This document shows, piece after piece, positions 22,402 to 30,700 of a stretch of 57,549 bases of DNA. The DNA lies in contig JBOHSY010000312.1 of the NCBI GenBank assembly GCA_050733355.1, positions 1 through 57,549 on the forward strand, given 5' to 3'. How positions within the stretch are numbered: position 1 is the stretch's first letter; each line of letters begins with the position of its first letter. A program made the position numbers and the translations under genes. The DNA is from Gemmatimonadales bacterium (GTDB lineage: Bacteria > Gemmatimonadota > Gemmatimonadetes > Gemmatimonadales > GWC2-71-9). A model generated the notes under the pieces. It worked only from the letters and a program-made list of their open reading frames with translations. It ran no database searches and was not told the origin of the DNA.

Positions 22402-23481
22402 GTGACCTGGTCCTACCGCATCGGGCGCATCGCGGGAACGGACATCAAGGTGCACGTCACCTTCATCCTGCTGCTCGTCTGGTACGCGTTCGCGGCCTGG
22501 CGATCGGCGGGCCCTCGCGCGGCGCTGCTCGGCATCCTCTTCCTGCTCGCGCTGTTCGCCTGCGTCCTGCTCCACGAGTTCGGACACATCCTGATGGCTC
22601 GCCGGTTCGGCGTGCGCACGCCGGACGTGATTCTGCTGCCGATCGGCGGGATCGCGCGGCTCGAGCGGATTCCGGACGCGCCGAAGCAGGAGCTGTTGAT
22701 CGCCGCGGCGGGGCCCCTCGTCACGCTCTTCATCGCGCTCGCGCTGTACGTATGGCTCCTGGCGACGGGGCAAACGCCGGCAATGCTGGCCGACCCCGAC
22801 AGCGGCAGCTTCGCGGCACGCCTGATGGGGGTGAACGTTTGGCTCCTCGCATTCAACCTGGTCCCGGCCTTTCCGATGGACGGCGGGCGCATGCTCCGGG
22901 CCTTGCTCGCGACCAGGATCGGCGTCGTGCGAGCCACCCGCGCCGCCGCCGTACTCGGCCAGGTGCTCGCGGTGGCCATGATCCTGGCGGGTCTGTCAGG
23001 GTACATCCTGCTGGCGGTGATCGGGTTTTTCGTGTTCGTCGGCGCGAGCGCGGAGGCAACCGCGGTGGAGACCCGGGCCATCGGGGAAGGGTTGCGGGTC
23101 GCGGACATGATGATCACGCGGTTCCAGACGGTGCCCGCGCGCGCCTCGCTGGCGAACGCGGTGGACCTGCTCCTGTCCGGAGACCAGCGCGAGTTTCCGG
23201 TCCTCGACGCGCACGGCCGTCCGGGCGGGATTCTGACCCGCGACAACCTCATTCGCGGCCTTCGCGAGCGAGGGCCGGAGTCGACGGTTGCCGAGGCGAT
23301 GAGCGCAGCGGCGCCGGCCGTGTCGCCTGCGCTCGGGTTCCAGGACGCGCTCGAGCGCCTGCGCCAGAGCGGGCTCCCCGCCTTGCCTGTGGTGGACGGC
23401 GGCGGCATACTGGTCGGACTCCTGACGATGGACAACATTGCGGAGTTGCTGCTCGTGCGGCGTGCAGACGCCGGCCACTGA
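22402..23481 (+). CDS. M50B site-2 protease family metalloprotease with C-terminal CBS pair
   Basis: HEFGH, NLVPAFPMDGGR, then two CBS-like modules (VADMMITRF...FPVLD, ...LPALPVVD). GTG start. Confidence 0.85.
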   Translation: MTWSYRIGRIAGTDIKVHVTFILLLVWYAFAAWRSAGPRAALLGILFLLALFACVLLHEFGHILMARRFGVRTPDVILLPIGGIARLERIPDAPKQELLIAAAGPLVTLFIALALYVWLLATGQTPAMLADPDSGSFAARLMGVNVWLLAFNLVPAFPMDGGRMLRALLATRIGVVRATRAAAVLGQVLAVAMILAGLSGYILLAVIGFFVFVGASAEATAVETRAIGEGLRVADMMITRFQTVPARASLANAVDLLLSGDQREFPVLDAHGRPGGILTRDNLIRGLRERGPESTVAEAMSAAAPAVSPALGFQDALERLRQSGLPALPVVDGGGILVGLLTMDNIAELLLVRRADAGH

Positions 23482-23529
23482 GCCGGCCCGAACGCAGCGC
23501 CCGAAAGCCTCCCACCCGTAGCACGAGGA

Positions 23530-24405
23530 TTGCACATGCCCATGCTCGCCCGAGGCGCGGGCCTCGCGGCCTTCACCGTGCTGGCCGCCTGTTCCGGCTC
23601 GGAAGCCCCGCGCGCCGACCAGCCACCCGCCGACGCACCCGCGAACCCGGCGGCCGCCCCTGCCGCGAACGTCGTGACGGTGACCGCGCGGGACTACGCC
23701 TTCGATGCACCCCGCCAGATCCCGGCGGGACTCACCACCTTCCGCTTCGTCGGCCGGACGAACGAGCCGCACCACGGCATCCTGGTGCGCCTGGACGAGG
23801 GCAAGACCTTCGACGACTTTGCCGCCGCCCTCAAGCAGCCGGGGCCGCCACCGGCCTGGGCGCACCTCGAAGGCGGGATGATGATCGGCGATCCGGAGAA
23901 GGGATCCAACGTCACCATGACGCTCACGCCGGGGCTCCACGCGCTCATCTGTTTCGTTCCGAGCCCGGACGGCGTGCCCCACTTCGCCAAGGGCATGGTG
24001 GTGCCGATCGAGGTCACCGGACCGGCCGCCGAAGCGGCGGAGCCCGAGGCGGACATCGTGCTGCGCCTCGTCGATTACGACTTCCAGTTCTCCAAGCCGC
24101 TCACGCCCGGCGAGCACGTGATCCGGGTCGAGACCGCGCCGGGGCAGCCGCACGAGCTGGTGCTGCTGCGCCTCGCCGACGGCACCACCGCGGAGCAGGC
24201 GGCCGCGTGGGAGATGGAAGGCCGGAAGGGCGAACAGCCGTTCCGGTTCGTGGGCGGGGTGGCGCCCATGGACGGCGGGCGGCACGCCTACATCAAGGCC
24301 AACTTCGAGCCGGGCAATTACGCGCTGATCTGCTTCATTCCCGACGCGAAGGACGGCAAGCCGCACATCGCGCACGGGATGCTCAAGGAGATCAAGGTGG
24401 GCTGA
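23530..24405 (+). CDS. Lipoprotein with two tandem cupredoxin-like domains
   Basis: Lipobox LAAC. Two roughly 110-aa repeats each carry a His (EPHH / QPHE) and LICF(V/I)P-x6-PH-x3-GM, a spacing that resembles type-1 copper ligands. Confidence 0.6.
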   Translation: MHMPMLARGAGLAAFTVLAACSGSEAPRADQPPADAPANPAAAPAANVVTVTARDYAFDAPRQIPAGLTTFRFVGRTNEPHHGILVRLDEGKTFDDFAAALKQPGPPPAWAHLEGGMMIGDPEKGSNVTMTLTPGLHALICFVPSPDGVPHFAKGMVVPIEVTGPAAEAAEPEADIVLRLVDYDFQFSKPLTPGEHVIRVETAPGQPHELVLLRLADGTTAEQAAAWEMEGRKGEQPFRFVGGVAPMDGGRHAYIKANFEPGNYALICFIPDAKDGKPHIAHGMLKEIKVG

Positions 24406-24877
24406 CGCCACCACAGCGCTTCGCCCGCCAGTCCCGGGGCGCGCAGGCGAGGCCGGGCTCGCGCCAGAGCCCGGCCCGCGCCGCCCGCGCCGTCTTTTGC
24501 GCTCGCTCCAGCCGTTTCACATACTTCACGTTCGGCGGTACGGTGAGCAGGAAGGCCCACCCGTGGCGCACCAGCGCTTCGTTGACCAGCGAGTCGCCGT
24601 GCCACGCGTAGGCCAGCGTCCGGCCGTGCCGGTCGCGCGCGCCGATGTCCGACTCGAGCCGCACGCGGGTGCCGACGGGAAGCATGCGGCGGAGCGCGGC
24701 GGCGGATTCCCGGCCTGCCCGCCCCTGCGCCCGCTCAGGCGCGTCGATCCCGATCAGGCGGATCTTCAGGCCGTCGGCGCAGTGAAAGGTATCGCCATCC
24801 ACCACCCGTGAGACGGTACACGGCCGTTCCGGTCCCGCGGCGACCAGCAGCGCTACGACCGCGAATGTGATCAGCAC
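24392..24877 (-). CDS. Thermonuclease (staphylococcal nuclease-like) family protein
   Basis: VVDGDTFHCADGLKIRLIGIDAPE and RTLAYAW...NEALVRHGWA motifs, N-terminal TM/signal. It overlaps the convergent upstream gene by 14 nt. Confidence 0.8.
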   Translation of the reverse strand: MLITFAVVALLVAAGPERPCTVSRVVDGDTFHCADGLKIRLIGIDAPERAQGRAGRESAAALRRMLPVGTRVRLESDIGARDRHGRTLAYAWHGDSLVNEALVRHGWAFLLTVPPNVKYVKRLERAQKTARAARAGLWREPGLACAPRDWRAKRCGGVSPP

Positions 24878-24908
24878 TCGCGGAATCTAAGATCGAGCGT
24901 CTTCCCGC

Positions 24909-26291
24909 ATGGCATCCTTCATCGCCGAGCGCAGTACGGTCGTTCCCTTCTCGTCGGAGGAAGTCTACGCCTGGCACGCCCGCCCCGGCGCCTTCGAGCG
25001 ACTCGTGCCGCCGTGGGAGCGGATCGAGATCGTCGAGCGCACCGGCGGGGTGGAAACCGGAGCCCGCACCGTGGTGCGGCTCAAGGCCGGGCCGGCGTCG
25101 GTGCGCTGGGCGGCCGTGCACCGCGATCACGTGCCGGGCCGCCGGTTCGTCGACGAGCAGGTCGAGGGACCGTTCGCCCACTGGGTGCACACTCACGAGT
25201 TCGCGCCGGAAGGCAGCGGCTGCCGGGTCAGCGACCGGATCGAGTACGCCCCGCCGTTCGGCCTGGCGGGCGCGGCGGCGGATCTCTGGCTGATTCGGCC
25301 CCGGATCGATCGGTTGCTGACGTACCGCCATGCTCTGCTCGAGGCCGATCTCGCCGCACATGCCCGGTTCGCCGGAGAGCCCAGACTCCGGGTGGCGATC
25401 ACCGGTGCGAGCGGACTCATCGGGCGGGCGCTCGCAGCCTTCCTCACCACCGGCGGGCACCAGGTGACCCGCGTCGTGCGGGGCGCCCCCGGCCCCGGCG
25501 ACGTGCGGTGGGATCCCGCCGCCGCGACGATCGATGCCGCGGGTCTGGAGGGCCTGGACGCGGTCATTCACCTGGCCGGCGAGAACGTCGCGTCCGGGCG
25601 ATGGACCACGGAGCGGAAGCGCCGCATCCGTGAGAGCCGCGTGGGAGGGACGCGGCTCCTCGCCGACGCGCTCGCCGGGCTCACCCGGCCCCCGAAGGTC
25701 CTGGTCTCGGCATCCGCAATCGGCATTTATGGACCGCGCGGCGACGAGCTGCTCGGCGAGGCCAGCGCACCGGGGCCGGACGGCGACTTCTTCGTGGACC
25801 TCGCGCGAGATTGGGAAGCGGCCGCCGAGCCGGCCCGCCGCGCGGGGATTCGTGTGGTGCACCCGCGGTTCGGTGTGGTGCTGAGCCCGGCCGGTGGCGC
25901 CCTCGCCAAGCTGCTCCCACCTTTCCGCGCGGGCGTCGGTGGCCCGCTGGGTGACGGCCGCATGTGGATGAGCTGGGTGTCGGTGGACGACGCCGTCGGC
26001 GCGATCCACCACGCGCTCTTCTCCCTCTCCCTCGCCGGGCCGTACAACGTGGCGGCGCCCGATCCCGTGACCAATCGCGAGTTCACCCGGACGCTCGGGC
26101 GTGTGCTCCGCCGGCCGGCGCTGCTCCCGGTGCCGGCCGCCGCGCTCCGGGCGGTGTTCGGCGAGATGGCCGATGCCACCATCCTGTCCAGCATTCGCGT
26201 GCTTCCGACCGCGCTCGAGCGGAACGGCTACGGGTTCCGGCACACCCGCCTCGAGCCGGCGCTCCGCTACCTGTTGGGGCGCTTCGCGTAG
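24909..26291 (+). CDS. SRPBCC domain fused to a TIGR01777/YfcH-like NAD(P)-binding epimerase (DUF1731 C-terminus)
   Basis: N-terminal cyclase/START-like 150 aa, then ITGASGLIGRALAAFL (Rossmann GxxGxxG) and a C-terminal region typical of the YfcH family. Confidence 0.8.
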   Translation: MASFIAERSTVVPFSSEEVYAWHARPGAFERLVPPWERIEIVERTGGVETGARTVVRLKAGPASVRWAAVHRDHVPGRRFVDEQVEGPFAHWVHTHEFAPEGSGCRVSDRIEYAPPFGLAGAAADLWLIRPRIDRLLTYRHALLEADLAAHARFAGEPRLRVAITGASGLIGRALAAFLTTGGHQVTRVVRGAPGPGDVRWDPAAATIDAAGLEGLDAVIHLAGENVASGRWTTERKRRIRESRVGGTRLLADALAGLTRPPKVLVSASAIGIYGPRGDELLGEASAPGPDGDFFVDLARDWEAAAEPARRAGIRVVHPRFGVVLSPAGGALAKLLPPFRAGVGGPLGDGRMWMSWVSVDDAVGAIHHALFSLSLAGPYNVAAPDPVTNREFTRTLGRVLRRPALLPVPAAALRAVFGEMADATILSSIRVLPTALERNGYGFRHTRLEPALRYLLGRFA

Positions 26292-26304
26292 TTAGCTTCC
26301 GGGC

Positions 26305-27015
26305 ATGCTCCCACCGCGCGCCGTCGTGCTGTTGAGCGGCGGCATGGATTCGGCCACCGTGGCGGCCGTCGCGCGCCGCCGTGGCTTCGAGGTGCACGCC
26401 CTCAGCTTTCGCTACGGGCAACGGCACGTGGCGGAGCTTGCCGCCGCGCGGCGGGTCGCCGCGCGGCTGGGCGTCGCGCAGCACGCGATCGTGGACATCG
26501 ATCTGAGGGCGTTCGGCGGCTCCGCCCTGACCGACGACATCGCGGTGCCCAAGGATCGGACGCTCGACGTCATCGGGAACGGCATCCCCGTCACGTACGT
26601 GCCGGCACGCAACACGATCTTTCTCGGCTTCGCGCTGGCGTGGGCCGAAGTCCTGGGCGCATCCGACATCTTCATCGGGGTCAACGCGCTCGACTACAGC
26701 GGCTATCCCGATTGCCGGCCGGAGTTCATCGCGGCGTTCCAGGCGCTGGCGAATCTGGCCACCCGCGCCGCCACCGCGGAGGGCCGGCGGTTCACGATCC
26801 ACACCCCGCTCATCCTGCTCGCCAAGCGGGAGATCATCGAGCTCGGTCGAGCGCATGACGTGGACTTCGGGCTCACCCTGAGCTGCTATGACCCGGGTCC
26901 CGGCGGGGAGGCCTGCGGACGCTGCGACGCGTGCCAGCTCCGTCTCAAGGGCTTCCGGGAAGCGGGAATGCCGGATCCGGCGAGGTACCTGACTGCGGTG
27001 AGCAGGGAGCAGTGA
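26305..27015 (+). CDS. queC: 7-cyano-7-deazaguanine synthase
   Basis: PP-loop [13 protein letters not shown], and C-terminal Zn-Cys cluster [17 protein letters not shown]. Confidence 0.92.
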   Translation: MLPPRAVVLLSGGMDSATVAAVARRRGFEVHALSFRYGQRHVAELAAARRVAARLGVAQHAIVDIDLRAFGGSALTDDIAVPKDRTLDVIGNGIPVTYVPARNTIFLGFALAWAEVLGASDIFIGVNALDYSGYPDCRPEFIAAFQALANLATRAATAEGRRFTIHTPLILLAKREIIELGRAHDVDFGLTLSCYDPGPGGEACGRCDACQLRLKGFREAGMPDPARYLTAVSREQ

Positions 27016-27018
27016 GCC
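26991..27018. repeat. Solitary heptamer half-array (GACTGCG GTGAGCA GGGAGCA GTGAGCC) at the queC 3' end
   Basis: Same GTGAGCN unit as E1/E3. It encodes the last residues of QueC and contains its TGA (27013-27015). No complementary arm lies downstream, because queE starts at 27020. Confidence 0.5.
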
Positions 27019-27019
27019 C

Positions 27020-27661
27020 ATGGCCTACGCCGTCAAGGAGATCTACTACACGCTCCAGGGCGAAGGCGCGCAGGCCGGCCGGCCGGCGGTGTTCTGCCGG
27101 TTTGCCGGGTGCAACCTCTGGACCGGCCGCGAGGCCGACCGGGCGTCCGCCGTCTGCGATTTCTGCGACACCGATTTCGTCGGTACCGACGGTCCCGGGG
27201 GCGGGAAGTTCACGGCCGCGGCCGATCTCGCGCGCGCGGTGGACGCCGCCTGGCCCGCGGACGCAGCCGCCGGGGGGCGCAAGTTCGTCGTGTGCACGGG
27301 GGGCGAGCCGCTGCTGCAGCTCGACGCCGAGCTGGTCGGCGCGCTGCACGAGGCGGGATTCCAGGTGGCGGTGGAGACCAATGGCACTCAGGATCCTCCG
27401 GCGGGGCTGGATTGGATCTGCGTGAGCCCGAAGGCCGGCGCCGAATTGCGGCTCCGGTCCGGCGACGAGCTGAAGCTCGTCTATCCCCAGCAGGGCGCGG
27501 AGCCCGCGCGTTTCGAGCGGCTCGACTTTCGGCACTTCTTCCTCCAGCCGATGGACGGGCCGGAGCGCGACGCCAACACCCATGCCGCGCTGGTCTACTG
27601 CCTGGCGCATCCGCGCTGGCGGCTGAGCCTTCAAGCTCATAAGCTTCTCGGAATTCCGTAG
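27020..27661 (+). CDS. queE: 7-carboxy-7-deazaguanine synthase (radical SAM)
   Basis: KEIYYTLQGEG, then Cys spacing C-x14-C-x2-C (GCNLWTGREADRASAVCDFC). It starts 4 nt after queC. Confidence 0.9.
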   Translation: MAYAVKEIYYTLQGEGAQAGRPAVFCRFAGCNLWTGREADRASAVCDFCDTDFVGTDGPGGGKFTAAADLARAVDAAWPADAAAGGRKFVVCTGGEPLLQLDAELVGALHEAGFQVAVETNGTQDPPAGLDWICVSPKAGAELRLRSGDELKLVYPQQGAEPARFERLDFRHFFLQPMDGPERDANTHAALVYCLAHPRWRLSLQAHKLLGIP

Positions 27662-27776
27662 GGCGGGAGAGGGCGGGAGAAGGCGGCAGCGGGCGGGAGC
27701 GGCTGCAAAACGAGCCTCCTGAGTGCCCTGTCCATCTCCCGCCCGCTCCCGTCCGCTCCCGACCACTCCCGCCCCG
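27660..27776. repeat. Composite palindromic element E4: (GGGCGGGAGA-like decamer)x4, 32-nt core, (CTCCCGCCCG-like decamer)x4
   Basis: Left arm 27661-27703, core 27704-27735 (contains CGAGCCTCC), right arm 27736-27775. About 32 of 38 positions are complementary. It spans from the queE stop to 6 nt before the HD-gene ATG. Confidence 0.85.
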
Positions 27777-27781
27777 CCGCC

Positions 27782-28396
27782 ATGCATGGATATTCGGATC
27801 GGATAAACCACGCCCTTGCCTTCACCGCGAAGCACTACCGCCCCTCGTTCCCGCCCTGGGGCGGCATGGGACACGTGGCGCATCCGGCCAATGTCGGGCT
27901 GATTCTGGCACGGTACGGGTGCGACCAGCCGACGATCGTAGCCGGCATCGTGCATCACGTCCTCGAGGAGTTGCCGCCCCCGGAGCGCACCGCCTACGAG
28001 GCGAAGATCTCGGAGAAGTTCGGACCCGTGGTGCTCGCGGTGGCGCTCGACGCCAGCGAGCTGCGATTCGACGAGCGCGGCGAGCGCCCCTGGCGCGCGC
28101 GCAAGCTCGAGCTCCTCTCGCACCTCGGCGTCGCCGAGCCGCGGGCGCTGGACGTGATCGCGGCAGACGAGATTCATCACTGTGGATCGTTGATCGCGGC
28201 GACGAGGCGCCTGGGCATCGAGTACCTCCACACGGTCAGCCAGGCCAGCTCGGAGCAGATCCTGTGGTGGTACCGGTCCATGCTGGAGGTTCTGATGGCG
28301 AGGGGAGACTGGCCCCAGCGGGCCATGCTGGAGGAGATCCGCGCGCTGAGCGCCGATCTCGTCCGGAGCCTGCAACAGCGCGAGGAGGAACTGTGA
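27782..28396 (+). CDS. HD-superfamily domain protein (SpoT/Mesh1-like hydrolase fold) with HH in place of the HD doublet
   Basis: Pattern INHALAFTAKHY...HVAHPANVGLILA...TIVAGIVHHVLEE parallels the H...HP...HD(V/I)xED pattern of RelA/SpoT-type HD domains. No SD, since the start abuts element E4. Confidence 0.6.
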   Translation: MHGYSDRINHALAFTAKHYRPSFPPWGGMGHVAHPANVGLILARYGCDQPTIVAGIVHHVLEELPPPERTAYEAKISEKFGPVVLAVALDASELRFDERGERPWRARKLELLSHLGVAEPRALDVIAADEIHHCGSLIAATRRLGIEYLHTVSQASSEQILWWYRSMLEVLMARGDWPQRAMLEEIRALSADLVRSLQQREEEL

Positions 28397-29301
28397 CCCG
28401 TCCCCTGCTCCGCCGGCCGGCGACGGCGCTCATGCTCGCCGCCACCACGGCCTGCGCCGGCGCACTGCCGCCGCCGCCCGCGCCGACCAACCCGATCCGC
28501 TTCATCTCGATCAACGACGCGTACGTGTCGGACACCCTGGCGGACGGGGCCGGTGGCCTCGCCCGGGTGGCCGCGCTTCGCGACCGGATCGCGCTCGAGG
28601 GACCGACGCTGTTCGTGCTGGCGGGCGACTTCCTCGCGCCGAGCGCGCTCAGCCGACAGTACCACGGCCGCCACATGGTGGACGCGCTCAACGCCGCCCG
28701 GCTGGACTACGCCACGTTCGGCGACCACGATCTCGAGCTCGCGCGCGACACACTGCTCGCGCGGATCGGCGAGTCGCGCTTCACGTGGCTGTCCGCCAAC
28801 TGCACCGGGCCGCACGGCGCGCCCCTCCCCGGCGTGCTCGCCTGGGACACGGTGCGGATGACCGAACGGAAAGTCGGCCTGTTCGGCCTCACCCTGGCGG
28901 GCACCTATGCGGACTCCGTGCGCTGCAGTGACACCGAAGCCGCGGCGCGGCGCGCGGTGGACACGCTCGCGGCCCAAGGCGCGGAGCTCATCGTGGCCCT
29001 GACCCATCAGCCGCTCGAGGCCGACCGCCGGCTGCTCAACCGGGAGAGCCGCATCGACCTCATCCTGGGCGGCCACGAGCATGAGGCCCAGAGCCTCAGC
29101 ATTTCCGGCCGGCACGTACTCAAGGCGGACGCCAACGAGCGCACGGTCCAGTTCGCCACGCTGTGGGGAGCCAAGGGTCAGTGGCGCCAAGCGGTAACGC
29201 TCCTTCCCGTCCACGCCGGACTGCCCGCGGATTCCGCCACCGCCGCCGTAGTCGCGGCATGGCAGGACAGCCTGCGCGCCCGCTCCGGCGCCAGCCGCTG
29301 A
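28393..29301 (+). CDS. Calcineurin-like metallophosphoesterase / 5'-nucleotidase N-domain-like exported protein
   Basis: GTG overlaps the HD-gene TGA (GTGA at 28393-28396). Signal-like N-terminus. Motifs ISINDAY, LAGDFL, FGDHDLE, LTHQP, LGGHEHE. Motif I is DAY rather than DxH. Confidence 0.7.
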   Translation: MTRPLLRRPATALMLAATTACAGALPPPPAPTNPIRFISINDAYVSDTLADGAGGLARVAALRDRIALEGPTLFVLAGDFLAPSALSRQYHGRHMVDALNAARLDYATFGDHDLELARDTLLARIGESRFTWLSANCTGPHGAPLPGVLAWDTVRMTERKVGLFGLTLAGTYADSVRCSDTEAAARRAVDTLAAQGAELIVALTHQPLEADRRLLNRESRIDLILGGHEHEAQSLSISGRHVLKADANERTVQFATLWGAKGQWRQAVTLLPVHAGLPADSATAAVVAAWQDSLRARSGASR

Positions 29302-29351
29302 CCCCCTGCGCCGGCTTCCCCGGTCCACCCGGCCCGCTATCTTCCTCGGCA

Positions 29352-30686
29352 ATGGGTTCACCGACGCCCACCGCGCTCGCCACCATTCCCAGCGCCTTTG
29401 CCGCTGCCTGCCGGCTCTCCCGCACCGATGGAGAGCTGCTGCAACGTTGCCGCGTGGCGCTGGTCCAGCGGTTTCAGAGCGACCGCATCTGGCTGTCGCT
29501 CCTCTCGTCCCACGGAAAGACGGCCACGGTCGGCCCGCCGGACCGCGGGTCCGCCACGGTCGAGGTCACCCGGCTCAAGAACGGCGACACCGAGGTGCTG
29601 ATCCTGGCCGACCGGGAGGTTGCCGCCGAGATGCGGGGCGTGGCGATGTCGCTGGCGGTCGGCCTTTCGGTCGTGTTCGAGCTGCGCAGCATCCTGCTCG
29701 AGCGCCAGGGCGCGCTAGACGACGCGGTCTTCCAGCTCCGCGCCCTCCGGCAGGTCGCCCGGCTGCTTTCGTCGATGCACTCGACCGAAGAAACGGAGCA
29801 GCTCGTCCTCGATTTCATGGCGGAAGTTTTCTTTGCCTGGTGGGCGACGCTCTACCGCGCGGCCGGCCCGGTGTACGCCCCCAAGCTCTCCCGTTCCCTG
29901 GCCGACCGGGAACCTCCGCCGCCGATCGATCGCGAGGCGCTCGACAGTTCCCTGCCCGCCGGGAGCGCCGCCGCCGGTGCCGAGGACGTGGGCGTCGCGA
30001 CGCTGGTCGGCGAGGGCGCGCAGCTCATCGTGCCGCTCGACGCGGGGGCGGAGCGGATGGCTCTGCTCGTGCTCGGCGGACGGATCAGCGAAAAGGCGTA
30101 CGGACGCCCCGAGCTGGAGCTCGCGGGCACGCTGTCGTTCGCGGCCGCGATCGCCCTCAAGAACGCCGAGCTGGTGGAGCAGCTCCACAGCGCGGCGACC
30201 ACCGACGAGCTTACCGGCCTCTACAACCGGCGCGCTCTCGAGGAGCGGCTCGCAGCGGAGATCTCCCGCAGCCTGCGCCACCAGCTCCACACGAGCGTGC
30301 TGCTGCTGGACCTCGACCGCTTCAAGATCATCAACGATACGATGGGCCACGCGGCGGGCGACCGGCTCCTGGTCCTCGTCGCGAACGTGCTGCGGCAGCA
30401 GGCCCGTGCGCTCGACGTGGTCGGCCGCCTCGGCGGCGACGAATTTCTCGTCGTGCTGCCGATGACCAAGCCGACCGAGGCCCAGGTATTCGTGGGCCGG
30501 GTCCAGGCCAGCCTCGATCAGATCGCCAAGACCCACCCGGAGTTCGGGCAGTGCACGCTCAGCATCGGCGTGGCCGAGGCGCCGCGGCACGGCAGCACGG
30601 TGGGCGCGCTCCTCGCCGCGGCCGACACCGCCCTGTACCGGGCGAAGCGGGGCGGCCGGAATACCGTCGAAGTCGCGGACGAATAG
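29352..30686 (+). CDS. GAF-like sensor / GGDEF diguanylate cyclase
   Basis: C-terminal DELTGLYNRRAL...LLLDLDRFKIINDTMGHAAGD...RLGGDEFLVVL...YRAKRGGRN. The start is taken at MGSPTPT. Confidence 0.8.
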   Translation: MGSPTPTALATIPSAFAAACRLSRTDGELLQRCRVALVQRFQSDRIWLSLLSSHGKTATVGPPDRGSATVEVTRLKNGDTEVLILADREVAAEMRGVAMSLAVGLSVVFELRSILLERQGALDDAVFQLRALRQVARLLSSMHSTEETEQLVLDFMAEVFFAWWATLYRAAGPVYAPKLSRSLADREPPPPIDREALDSSLPAGSAAAGAEDVGVATLVGEGAQLIVPLDAGAERMALLVLGGRISEKAYGRPELELAGTLSFAAAIALKNAELVEQLHSAATTDELTGLYNRRALEERLAAEISRSLRHQLHTSVLLLDLDRFKIINDTMGHAAGDRLLVLVANVLRQQARALDVVGRLGGDEFLVVLPMTKPTEAQVFVGRVQASLDQIAKTHPEFGQCTLSIGVAEAPRHGSTVGALLAAADTALYRAKRGGRNTVEVADE

Positions 30687-30700
30687 CGGATCGACCGCCA

